From TPA_inf: Saccharomyces (lineage: Eukaryota): a stretch of DNA of 64,000 nt. Positions within the stretch are counted from its first letter, which is position 1. Every line of letters begins with the position of its first letter. The position numbers and the translations under genes were made by a program. The stretch lies in NCBI GenBank assembly GCA_000146045.2, contig BK006947.3:1-64000 (forward strand), in the 5' to 3' direction. Shown piece by piece: positions 23,751 through 34,695 of the stretch. Below the pieces are notes generated by a model. It ran no database searches and was not told where the DNA came from. It saw only the letters and a list, made by a program, of their open reading frames with translations.

Positions 23751-24047
23751 TCCGCGCCGTGAGGAAAAACAGCAGGCTGACAAGGGACTAATTTACTGAC
23801 ACTTTCGGCTGACACTTCCGAAAAGGTACTCAAGCTTTTATGAGTAAGATGCTGGTTTGATGCTAAGAATACGATTTAGTACTTCCTTTTTAATGTGGCT
23901 TGTTTTTTTTTTATTCGTCCATAACAGTACAAATATAAAAGCAGAATACATTCTTGCCGACCTAAAACTTGTGTCCTTAGACTCAAACTTTCTGATGGTT
24001 TTCTTTCAGTAGAATCAACATAAACAAGCATAATATAAAACACTACA

Positions 24048-27000
24048 ATGAATAAACTATTGTTACATCTAGTACGAGTCATTTCGATACTCGGCCTAGC
24101 AAACGCTCTCACACAAACGCAACCGATTTTAAAAGATATTCAAATAACAGATAGTTATACCAAAACAAAAGAATGTACGGATCCAGATCATTGGTTCATA
24201 ATAGAAGGGCAACTGTCTATTCCAAAGGGAAGTCAGCAAAATATAACATTCCAAGTACCAGATGCTTTCAGCTCATTCCCTCAAGAACCCTTCAGCATAA
24301 AACATAATTCTAACAGTGTTGCCACGATATCACGCCCAGATAAATCGACGAACAATTTCACCATTTCTATTCCAGAAAAGAGTTCAGAAGATATAACTAC
24401 TACATTTAACTTCCTTGCACAGCTTACATCAGATGCTAAATCCAAAGTTACAGAACCAAAAAGCATCGTTTACAGTTTCTATTCAGAAAATACTATGTTT
24501 AATGACGTTATTGATTACGTCGCTAAAAATACTTCTGCTATAACAACAGATGGTGGTATATACAAAACTAATAATACCGCCTGGTTTACCGTTGACTTAC
24601 CAATGAGAACGTTCAGAAATCCCGTTTATTTGACTTCTCAGACATCTTCCTCCTCAGATTACGTATTCGATACTTCGTTAACTAAGTTTGAGGTTGTCAC
24701 TGCCGTTGATTCTTTTAACGAACCTATTAATGCTATCCCATATACAACTGTTCATGACTACTCCACAGAAGATGAAATTAGATGTTTATTTAATTCTACA
24801 ATCAGCGGTGGGCTATACTTCCGTGTGACTTATTTCACAAAGAAGCTATCTACCTCGTCCATATCAAATACTGTCGAATTAACATATCCCGATGAAGGTA
24901 CATCTGTCAGACTTTTAGGAAAGAGAGATACTTCAACCACCCTAGCCTCAGAATTATATTCTGAGTCAGCTGCTAACATTGATTCCACCACCAGTGATGA
25001 CACAACTAGCTCTGATGCTGCTATAACACCAACATACTCAAATTCAACGCTTTCTTCTTATACTTCGCAATCATCCGCTATCCCTGAAGTTGCGGTTACT
25101 GCATCATTGAGTAGCGGGATCCTTTCTTCTACAGTTGACGGTGCTAGCACCTCGGCGGACGCTTCCATGTCCGCTGTCTCTACGGTTTCTTCTAGCAGTG
25201 AACAAGCTTCTTCTTCAAGTATTTCTTTATCGGCTCCAAGTTCTTCAAACTCAACCTTTACTACTCCTTCATCTTCTCTGTCTGCTACTGAAACATATAG
25301 TATTATCAGTTCAGCTAGTATATCTGTCACACAGGCTTCCTACATTGATAATTCTACAACTACCGCTGTTACCCAATCTACTTCTACTATAGCAGTTTCA
25401 TCTGCTGAAAAATTGTCAAGCACTCTATCATACACCAGTAACGTCACAATATCAGTATCATCAGCTACCCAACATACTACTACTCCTTCATATGTTAGTA
25501 ACTCCACTACACTCTCATCCTCATCTGTTCTTGAATCTGTAATTAGCTCTCCATACCTGGCAAACACTACTGTTTCAGGAGCTTCATCTGCAAGTCAATC
25601 TACTAATCCGCCATATGTCTCCAACTCCACAACATCATCCGCAACTCAATTAGCCACCATTGCTCCGTTCGCGATTAACATAACAGGAACAAGTATTTCT
25701 TCTAGTATCACTAATACTTCTTCAGTTAGTTCTACTACGTCCAGTTTATCATCCGGCCCATTTGTTTCAAACACAACGGTTGCCTCTGGGTCTTATATTC
25801 TAACCACTACTACAGAGTCTGCACAACTTACTGAAATAGGGAGTTTGATACCAATCTCGACTATTACTACTAGTACCACCACTTCTGGTACCGATAAAAC
25901 TGGTAGTAATAAGGTGGCCTCTTCAACTGAAATAGCGCAATCTATCGTAAACAACAGTTCACTTTCGGTGTCAACAATCAACACTAACGCTGCGACAGCA
26001 GCTGCTAATGCCAGAAATGCTACTTTCACTCATGCAACCCATTCTGGTTCGCTTCAACCCTCATATCATAGCAGCTCACTATTATCGTCCACAATTGACA
26101 CCAAGGTAACTACTGCTACTACAAGCACCAGTAGAGACGGTAGTTCGAGTTTGGCTTTCACCACTGGGCTCAATCAATCCGTAGTTACCGGTACAGATAA
26201 AAGTGATACCTATAGTGTAATTTCATCCACAGAATCAGCCCAGGTTACGGAGTACGACAGCTTACTTCCAATTTCCACCCTGAAGCCTACAGTCGTTACA
26301 GGTACAAGTAGAAACAGTACCTTTAGTATGGTGTCCTCCACCAAATTGACCGAAGCTACTGCAACGGATAAAGGTGATGCGTATAGTGTAATTTCATCTA
26401 CACAGTCGGCTCAAGTTACTGAATATGGAAGTATGCTTCCAATTTCTACGCTGGAAACACCAACAGTCATTATGAGTACCGATGAAAGCGGCTATTTTAC
26501 TTTAACTACATGTACTGAGTCTGGGCAAGCTACAGAATATGGTAGTCTGATTCCAATTTCCACACTAGATGGTTCAGTTATATATACATTTACTGGCGAA
26601 AGTGTAGTGGTGGGTTACAGTACCACAGTGGGTGCCGCCCAATATGCACAACATACAAGTTTAGTCCCAGTATCTACCATCAAGGGTTCCAAAACTTCTC
26701 TTTCAACCGAGGAAAGCGTAGTGGCTGGCTACAGTACTACAGTGGGTGCCGCCCAATATGCACAACATACAAGTTTAGTCCCGGTATCTACCATTAAGGG
26801 TTCCAAAACTTCTCTTTCAACCGAGGAAAGCGTAGTGGCTGGCTACAGTACCACAGTAGATTCTGCCCAATACGCCGAGCACACAAATTTAGTTGCCATA
26901 GATACATTGAAAACTAGCACATTCCAAAAAGCAACAGCAACTGAGGTTTGTGTCACATGTACCGCCCTTTCTTCCCCTCATTCTGCAACTTTAGATGCAG

Positions 27001-27173
27001 GTACTACTATTTCATTGCCAACAAGTTCCAGCACATCTCTATCTACAATAATTACCTGGTATTCCTCATCTACTATTAAGCCTCCTTCAATTTCTACATA
27101 CTCGGGCGCCGCTGGTCAATTAACCATCCGTATTGGCAGTTTGTTGCTAGGGTTAATCTCATTTCTGCTGTAA
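24048..27173 (+). CDS. EGT2: GPI-anchored cell-wall endoglucanase-like protein EGT2 (YNL327W), 1041 aa
   Basis: It has a signal peptide (MNKLLLHLVRVISILGLANA), a very Ser/Thr-rich body and a C-terminal GPI signal (GAAGQLTIRIGSLLLGLISFLL). Confidence 0.95.
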   Translation: MNKLLLHLVRVISILGLANALTQTQPILKDIQITDSYTKTKECTDPDHWFIIEGQLSIPKGSQQNITFQVPDAFSSFPQEPFSIKHNSNSVATISRPDKSTNNFTISIPEKSSEDITTTFNFLAQLTSDAKSKVTEPKSIVYSFYSENTMFNDVIDYVAKNTSAITTDGGIYKTNNTAWFTVDLPMRTFRNPVYLTSQTSSSSDYVFDTSLTKFEVVTAVDSFNEPINAIPYTTVHDYSTEDEIRCLFNSTISGGLYFRVTYFTKKLSTSSISNTVELTYPDEGTSVRLLGKRDTSTTLASELYSESAANIDSTTSDDTTSSDAAITPTYSNSTLSSYTSQSSAIPEVAVTASLSSGILSSTVDGASTSADASMSAVSTVSSSSEQASSSSISLSAPSSSNSTFTTPSSSLSATETYSIISSASISVTQASYIDNSTTTAVTQSTSTIAVSSAEKLSSTLSYTSNVTISVSSATQHTTTPSYVSNSTTLSSSSVLESVISSPYLANTTVSGASSASQSTNPPYVSNSTTSSATQLATIAPFAINITGTSISSSITNTSSVSSTTSSLSSGPFVSNTTVASGSYILTTTTESAQLTEIGSLIPISTITTSTTTSGTDKTGSNKVASSTEIAQSIVNNSSLSVSTINTNAATAAANARNATFTHATHSGSLQPSYHSSSLLSSTIDTKVTTATTSTSRDGSSSLAFTTGLNQSVVTGTDKSDTYSVISSTESAQVTEYDSLLPISTLKPTVVTGTSRNSTFSMVSSTKLTEATATDKGDAYSVISSTQSAQVTEYGSMLPISTLETPTVIMSTDESGYFTLTTCTESGQATEYGSLIPISTLDGSVIYTFTGESVVVGYSTTVGAAQYAQHTSLVPVSTIKGSKTSLSTEESVVAGYSTTVGAAQYAQHTSLVPVSTIKGSKTSLSTEESVVAGYSTTVDSAQYAEHTNLVAIDTLKTSTFQKATATEVCVTCTALSSPHSATLDAGTTISLPTSSSTSLSTIITWYSSSTIKPPSISTYSGAAGQLTIRIGSLLLGLISFLL
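26598..26939 (+). repeat. Three tandem 114-bp (38-aa) coding repeats in EGT2, preceded by degenerate ~180-bp repeats (26190-26590)
   Basis: The unit ESVVAGYSTTVGAAQYAQHTSLVPVSTIKGSKTSLSTE repeats three times, the first two copies being near-identical. Confidence 0.85.
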
Positions 27174-27336
27174 GAACTATTTTATCAAATAGAAAGTTAT
27201 AAATAAAAACTAAGAGTTCTTTTGGTATAATGCATAAATAATTTTTTTATATAATGTTTGTAATTGTAATGATAAATTTTTATCATCTTGGATAATTTTC
27301 GTATTATCGTAACATTCATTCGTTCTAGTTTTATGA

Positions 27337-28347
27337 CTAATTTGCATCGATAATTTCTACAGACGCCCTATCGGCTTCTAATGAGGGTCTTGGTGTTACT
27401 CTTCTCAGTAATTGATCTTCTAAACATCTACTACTTAGCAGTCGGTCTTGTACTTGAGGTCTTACATTAAAATATAAACCTTTTTCATCCTTTGTGTGTT
27501 TAGACTTTTTGTACTTGAAGGTCTCAATAGGAAGTATCCACTCTAACCAAGATGTACCCATTATATCTTGCCAGTTGGCCATTGAAGAACCCAAGTCAAA
27601 TATATTCTCTAAATGCTCATTTGTTCCATAGCTGTCATTGAGGATTTCAAGATCCCTTCGATACCTTCTCATTCCGTGTACCTCGATAGTAGTTTGGTTT
27701 TTACAAACCTGATAAATGCTGAAACAGGTAAATGCTAAAACAGAAATGAAAACAGCAACCGCCAATAGGGCCACCCCTAATAGATGAAAATCTATCAATT
27801 CACGGTTGAAACTACCGGAGTTAAACCACGTCCCAAGCTCATAGCAAGTATAAATTAGGACTAAGAACGCGTATAATGTTGTGTACATTAAGAATTGAAT
27901 AAAAAATTTTTGATTCCTAAAACCAGTGCATTCAGCGAACCAAGGGCAATGATGATCCATTTTCAATATGCAAACATCGCATGATGAACAATGATGACAG
28001 CGATCGGGCTTCCAAACATGGCATACTTGGCACACCCGAAATCTTCCATCATGTTTTAAGGTCAAACACCTTTTTGACATATACTCCGGAGGAAGTTCAA
28101 GTCCATTTTCCGCTGCCTTTAAATCGTGGACTAACAAATCAGGGAAATCTAGAGGAGAACCGGGACCTCTAGCAATAACCTTATAATAAGTGTATAGAGC
28201 CACTGCCAATGTCGGAACTATTGTTAGCGCGAGAAACCACCTAGGTATTTGATGAATCCTTGTCAATGTTATGTATGCAGTCCAAATATACAAACATGTG
28301 GTCAAACACCTGGGAAACAGACTTGTCAACGAAAGCCTGTCATTCAT
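27337..28347 (-). CDS. PFA3: DHHC palmitoyltransferase PFA3 (YNL326C), 336 aa
   Basis: It has a DHHC-CRD (CILKMDHHCPWFAECTGFRNQKFF) and four TM segments. Confidence 0.95.
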   Translation of the reverse strand: MNDRLSLTSLFPRCLTTCLYIWTAYITLTRIHQIPRWFLALTIVPTLAVALYTYYKVIARGPGSPLDFPDLLVHDLKAAENGLELPPEYMSKRCLTLKHDGRFRVCQVCHVWKPDRCHHCSSCDVCILKMDHHCPWFAECTGFRNQKFFIQFLMYTTLYAFLVLIYTCYELGTWFNSGSFNRELIDFHLLGVALLAVAVFISVLAFTCFSIYQVCKNQTTIEVHGMRRYRRDLEILNDSYGTNEHLENIFDLGSSMANWQDIMGTSWLEWILPIETFKYKKSKHTKDEKGLYFNVRPQVQDRLLSSRCLEDQLLRRVTPRPSLEADRASVEIIDAN

Positions 28348-28738
28348 TTGCGAAAAAGATTCTATCGAATTCCAAGATCGGCTTCTTTGTCTTGTATTTG
28401 GTACGACTTAGTTATATAGGTTTTTTTTTTTTTCTTGGACGCAATCACATAAAAGTGTAATATATCTCATTAGACAAAATTGGAAAAGTTAGATAATTAG
28501 CGTAAAAGCCTTCATTAATGATAATAGCGTGGGAGGTATAAGATGCGCTTAATAACGCTGAAGAATATAAAGTTTCTTATACATTCAATGAAACAAGGAA
28601 ATTTTCAATTTTAAATTTAAGTTGAAATAGCCTTTAGCACCTAAAAATAAAAAAATATTAAAACACCAACATGTTGTTGAACAAGTTTTCCAGAGAATTG
28701 ACCGAATATTTAAATTTCTATTTAAGAGTCATATAAAT

Positions 28739-31378
28739 TTATTGAAAATCAAGTTGTATATCTTTAGAAAAGCACAAATCCCTGTAAAGCTGCAAATTGT
28801 CGGGCTTAATGTGTATAACAGCAGAATAGTCATCAAGAGCAGGTTTATAATCATCGACATTGAGGACTTTTTCGTAAAATTTTTCGTCAACAGACACATG
28901 ATCAGGAGCAATAAGAAGTGCTTCTGTTGTCATCTCGTCATTCTCATCGTCGCCATCATCATCATCATCGTATACATCAGTGAAATCTTCTGCAATATCA
29001 ACTAGTGGTTCTCCTATTACTTTTCTCATTGGTGGAATCTCACTACTTTCATGACTGATAAAAATTGGATATTTTGAATACGAAAATGAATTCATTTTCT
29101 CTTCCAACTTTTGGCTTCTGTCAGATATTATGTGCAGGTAATGTTCATACAATTCTAATTCTTGCTTTGGAGATGTATCTCTGTCTAAATCGGTAGTCTC
29201 AACTACCCTACCTTCAGCCTTTTCTAAACTCTTACTGGATGTGATCATCTTTAGCTTATTATTCAGCCAACTTTGCTTCCTAGAAGTGAACGGCGACATA
29301 GCCTTGTCTTGTTTGGACAAAGCATTATGATATCTTCTTGTTGAATTCATATTATATGCAAAGAGATCGCGAATCCAAGTTACTGATCTTGGCAGATAAT
29401 ATTCATTCCAGTAATTGTCAAAGGCACCAGGATAACCTCTTACGTTTTTTATAATTTTCTCTCTTGTCACATCATTACCTGTTGCAATAAGTTCTTCATT
29501 AATCAATTCTTTTACACTTTTGATGTTGTAATCATTCCACCAATGAATATAGCTCCTTTTAGGCATATTAAGACTATAAGCATTATGCAAGTAGAAATCG
29601 GTATTCATTTCCCATAAAGAGGGAAATCCTTCTCTCCAGGAGTAGTGACCCAGGAATAAATTAATCGCATCTTGCCTTTGTGCATCAACGAATGAATTAC
29701 TGTAGAATCTTTTTATACTTTCGATCATATCCCTTGAATGGGAGCTCCACTGATTTATTTTTCTATATGTCTCCATGGTGTTAACCAAATGCGAACCGCC
29801 ATATTGTAATGCAATAGTATCTCCCAGATCATGAAACAATTCAGTTAGTATGTTGACGATATCAGAGTCGTACTCTAAATAACTATTATCGATAATTCCT
29901 AAAGATTTGAGCTGGCAACCAAGTGCTCTCTTGCCAATGACGAATTGGGCGGCGTTGGTCCTATCAAGACAGTCAATACAATTACTTCGACATATTCCTT
30001 CCTGGATCTTTGTAGAAGCAAAGTCTGGACCATTATGAAATATTCCTGTCGTCGTGACAGTGTTTACCGCGTACTTCTCTAAGAATTCAATAACACCTTG
30101 ACCATCTTGTTTAGAAGCCCTGCTCATATCCCAAGAGGTGTAATCTAATTTCTTTAGTGTTGGTAAAAATTCATTCAGATAATCTATACATTGTTCAAAT
30201 TCCCAGAGTAACTTAGTTTCTCTTGGCGTCTTTTCTTTGGTTTTAATTAAGTTCAGTATTTGAATGGTTCCGCCACCATATCTTTGAAACAAGTTATCAA
30301 AATGCAACGCAGCCGGAGAAAAAAATGGATCTACCACATTGATTCTTATAGGTGGCTTTGTGGTTAAATTGGACGCATCCTGGGTCCAGTATAAGGGGAT
30401 TGAGCCACGATGCTGTACAAAAGAAGTGTATCGATCACTATCAAAAAATCCATTTCCCGGTTGATGGAATGGAGTCAAAATCATATCTGTTACAATCTGT
30501 TCAGTTTCGACTTCGTTAGCAACATGACCTTTATTGTTAACACCACGCTTTAGAAAGCGTGCACCAGCAAAATGGTGGGATCTTCTTGCGATTAAAGTAA
30601 TATATATGGACTTACCCAAAACTGAAACATTAACCTGGTCAATAAATCCATGTATAATGCATTGGAACCAATCAAAAACAGTGTCAATACAAGCAAAAAT
30701 AGGAGATAATAAATTGTTATTCCAAACAAACATTTCGTTATAGTCGGTTATCCCGCAAGGTATTGTAATATCACATCGGTCAACCGCTTTTAATTTCTCT
30801 CGCAATATATTGGTTTGTAAAGTATTTGTGATATCGTAGGTATAACTGAAATAAAAGGTTTTTGTTAGGTCTAAATCCTTAAATATATTCAATAGCCTTG
30901 CCTCATCTGAACTTTTTTCAGGTTTTTTATAGTTGTTCGTAATAGGAATAATATCAATACCATCAATGTGATAAATACCATGACCGCCAATCACTGCAAC
31001 TTGGCTATACTTGGTAACCATTATTAAATAGTACCAACAGGTGAATTTAATGAATCCCAGAAGACCGTATCCTGTAATTTTCTTATGTAGACCATCTTCA
31101 GTTGCTTCTTCTAAACTTGCTAGTACATTCATGATTTCATTTCTGGTGAAGAAGACATTATCCTCCAACACAGTTAATTCTCCACGGGGTACAGTAAGAT
31201 CAATTTCTAGAATACGAAACATGGTTTCCCTTTTATTGCTTCCAACAATATACATTCGATCTTTGGTTTCGTATAACGTATATTTACCCATTACAAACTT
31301 AGAGGTCTTTCTCTGCTTAGACCCAGATGTGGTAAGTATACCTCCACCAAGGGTATGCTCCATTGCATCATTGTTCAT
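28739..31378 (-). CDS. FIG4: PI(3,5)P2 5-phosphatase FIG4 (YNL325C), 879 aa
   Basis: It has a Sac1-homology domain with the catalytic CIDCLDRTN motif. Confidence 0.95.
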
Positions 31379-31943
31379 CCTTGTCCTGTTTCTTTTTTGC
31401 TTTGCGTTACGTTACTACGTTTCAAAACTAATTAATTTCAAATAATATCACAGCATTTACATTTCAATAGTGCTCGGCTAAGTAGATGAGGACTATCGTA
31501 AAGAGACCAATAGAAGAGCTTGAAAACTTTACAAGAAATATATACATGTATATATTATATATATATGTTTAATGCAATTGCAAGAGGTATTAACAAATCA
31601 GGAGGACAAGTAAATGAACGTGCTGCAATAAACCCAAATGGCGTAACGAGTGTAGTGCGCCTTAGTGACCACCGCAAGATAGTGCCAGTAACTAGTGTAC
31701 AAGTGTGGCAAAATGCAAATGAGCGTTCTGGTAGTATGTGTCCAATGTTGTAGTGTCAACTTTGTCTGCCGTTCTGGTGGCTTTTGACAGTTGATTTTCC
31801 AACGATTATTATTATGCGCGAAATTAAAGAAAAGGAATCTTGTATGATGATAAAATAAATAGATCAAATTAAATCATCAGTACAGACCAGAAAACAATTA
31901 AGTGTCCTTTTAGAAATACGAGAGGGTGGTAAAATATTGAAGA

Positions 31944-33188
31944 ATGGTAAATTTCGATTTGGGCCAAGTTGGTGAAGTATTCCGTAGAAAGGACAAAGGA
32001 GCTATAGTGTCCGGAGACAACCCAGAAGAAGAAGAAGACGTCGATGCTTCTGAGTTTGAAGAGGATGAAGTAAAGCCTGTGCGTACAAAGAACAGAAGAC
32101 CCAAAGAGGATGCATTCACTCAACAAAGATTAGCGGCTATAAACCCGGTGTTAACGCCGAGGACAGTTTTGCCTCTTTATCTGTTAATTGCTGTTGTATT
32201 TGTTATTGTAGGAGGGTGCATATTAGCACAGAACTCCAAAGTGGATGAAGTAACCATATATTACCAGGACTGTATGACTAACGCAACCTCATCATGGAGC
32301 GACATCCCTTCTGAACATTGGCAATTTGTATTTCACAAATATAAAACATATAATACTGCACCACAATGGAGGTTTGTGGATGATGAATCAGATGACTTCA
32401 CAAAACAAAGAGGTACATGCCAAATCAGGTTCACTACTCCAAGTGATATGAAAAATAACGTATATTTGAATTATGTGCTGGAAAAATTTGCTGCCAATCA
32501 CAGAAGATATGTACTATCTTTTAGCGAAGATCAGATACGTGGGGAGGACGCCTCTTATGAGACGGTGCATGATGCAACCGGTATAAATTGTAAGCCACTA
32601 TCTAAGAACGCCGATGGTAAAATATACTATCCATGTGGCCTAATTGCGAACTCAATGTTCAACGACACGTTCCCCCTGCAGTTAACAAATGTAGGGGATA
32701 CGTCTAACAACTATTCATTGACAAATAAAGGAATCAATTGGGAATCTGATAAAAAAAGGTACAAAAAAACCAAATACAATTATACACAGATAGCACCTCC
32801 ACCATATTGGGAAAAGATGTATCCAGATGGATACAACGAGACGAATATTCCTGATATTCAGGATTGGGAAGAGTTCCAAAACTGGATGAGGCCAGGTGCT
32901 TTTGATAAAATTACAAAACTGATCAGAATCAATAAAAACGATACTTTGCCAGCGGGTGAATACCAGTTGGATATCGGTCTGCATTGGCCAGTATTGGAGT
33001 TTAATGGTAAGAAGGGAATCTACTTGACTCACGGTTCTCACCTTGGCGGTAGAAATCCATTTTTAGGTATAGTTTACCTGATTGGAGGCTGTATTTGTGC
33101 TGCCATGGCATTGATATTATTAACGTTTTGGCTCTTCGGCGGTAGAAAGATTGCTGATGCATCAAGTTTGTCATGGAATATGAAATAG
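31944..33188 (+). CDS. LEM3: CDC50/LEM3 family flippase beta-subunit LEM3 (YNL323W), 414 aa
   Basis: MVNFDLGQVGEVFRRKDKG..., with two TM segments flanking a large exoplasmic loop. Confidence 0.95.
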   Translation: MVNFDLGQVGEVFRRKDKGAIVSGDNPEEEEDVDASEFEEDEVKPVRTKNRRPKEDAFTQQRLAAINPVLTPRTVLPLYLLIAVVFVIVGGCILAQNSKVDEVTIYYQDCMTNATSSWSDIPSEHWQFVFHKYKTYNTAPQWRFVDDESDDFTKQRGTCQIRFTTPSDMKNNVYLNYVLEKFAANHRRYVLSFSEDQIRGEDASYETVHDATGINCKPLSKNADGKIYYPCGLIANSMFNDTFPLQLTNVGDTSNNYSLTNKGINWESDKKRYKKTKYNYTQIAPPPYWEKMYPDGYNETNIPDIQDWEEFQNWMRPGAFDKITKLIRINKNDTLPAGEYQLDIGLHWPVLEFNGKKGIYLTHGSHLGGRNPFLGIVYLIGGCICAAMALILLTFWLFGGRKIADASSLSWNMK

Positions 33189-33293
33189 AAAAGGAGTGAT
33201 GGTTTTCTTTATTTTTAACCCTGTAAAATTTTTTTATTTTTTTATTTTTACTCTTATATATGTATATGTTTGTGTTTATTTCTGAATAAAAAT

Positions 33294-34235
33294 TTATAAG
33301 AACCAAATTAAAACCGTTAATAGCCCACCCAAAATTGAAGTAAACGAACTCATACCTAGATGCTGGGCCTCATTATGCGAAACTGTTTTCTTTATTGCAG
33401 ATTTAATAACGCCTACAGTACCGGTTAAAGTACCCATCCCAATAGACCCCACGGAGGGAGAAGCGACTGTTACGTACTGGGAGGAGAAACGCTGGACAAA
33501 AGTAGTTTGCACAGTGATAGTGTTGCCCTGTCTAACAACAGTGACCCACATGGACGTTGGCGCACGTGTGGTTGTGTAAGTGGAGGTTGTACCTTCAGTG
33601 ATGGTAATGTATGAGTCAATAGATAGACTAGTGACAGCAGACACAGGAGGTTCTGTGAAGTCTGTGGAGGGGTCTGGCCTGGTGCCTGTTTCAGCTACTG
33701 CGCTCCCTGTCGATGTGGTCGTCTTTACACTGGAGGATGAACCAGACGAAGATACAGACGAGGACACAGACGAGGAGGCGGATGAAGTAGCACTGGTGCT
33801 AGAATGTGTGAACGTTTGAGTCAATGTAACTGTGGTACCCAAATCGTTTGTCGTGGTAACTGTAGATAAATACAGTCCCGAAGACAACGATGAAGTTGCG
33901 GTAGGAACAGTGGTGGTTGTCTTACCAGTAGATGAGGTAGAAGTCGTCGTGGTTGGTAGCATAGTGGCTCTGTTGACTGTCTGAGTAAGAGTGACGGTGG
34001 TTCCGACATCGTTAGTGGTAGTGAATACCGTAGTGAAGAAACCTGTTTGAGCGGTAGTTGTAGCAGCAGCAGCAGCGGTGGCAGGGTCCCATATTGTGGT
34101 CTCCGTAACCAGGGCCCCTGCGACATTTGTTACCACTGTAACCTGAGTTGTCACAGCTGCCATGACCGCAGCTGACCACAACGACAAAGAAAGTAGCAGC
34201 GTAGCGAATGAATGTAATAGCGTGCGACGCATCAT
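33294..34235 (-). CDS. KRE1: Ser/Thr-rich cell-wall protein KRE1 (YNL322C), 313 aa
   Basis: It has a signal peptide and a C-terminal GPI-like hydrophobic tail. An internal duplicated 15-aa motif TTTND(V/L)GTTVTLTQT occurs at ~34019-33975 and ~33857-33813. Confidence 0.9.
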   Translation of the reverse strand: MMRRTLLHSFATLLLSLSLWSAAVMAAVTTQVTVVTNVAGALVTETTIWDPATAAAAATTTAQTGFFTTVFTTTNDVGTTVTLTQTVNRATMLPTTTTSTSSTGKTTTTVPTATSSLSSGLYLSTVTTTNDLGTTVTLTQTFTHSSTSATSSASSSVSSSVSSSGSSSSVKTTTSTGSAVAETGTRPDPSTDFTEPPVSAVTSLSIDSYITITEGTTSTYTTTRAPTSMWVTVVRQGNTITVQTTFVQRFSSQYVTVASPSVGSIGMGTLTGTVGVIKSAIKKTVSHNEAQHLGMSSFTSILGGLLTVLIWFL

Positions 34236-34695
34236 TTTTTTTTTGATTGTCTTGCAGAAGTTGAAGAGGTCTTTACTGTAGCATATACAAGTGCTTAATT
34301 CTTGATTTTTATTTTCTTTTTTTCATAATACACGTTATAGAAAAAGCCCCATTCTCAGTTTATGAAAAAACGCGATATCACCATACACGCTGAGGTAGGG
34401 GGATACAAGGTGAAGAATGTACGCAATAAGGCGAAGTATATGGCACAATTGAGCAGTAAAAGTGTTAAAATATAGTGATATATATATATAAAATACGAGA
34501 GTACCAACTATTATGATCTTTTAATGCCCTCTTTCCGTTGAGATATTCATAATAGTAACCGTCACGGAACTGTCGCTTTATACGGTGAGGGGATTATTTA
34601 GTTCCTAATTTATATTAGATAAAGAAGATAATAAACATGAGGGATGCTGTAAATGAAAGTGAAATAACTGCTAGCTAGAAGAGCGGTAAGCAGCA

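Noticed and set aside
31041-31445. ORF 31041-31445 (+) overlapping the FIG4 5' end
   Set aside because: It is antisense to the conserved Sac-domain N-terminus and low complexity (dubious YNL324W).
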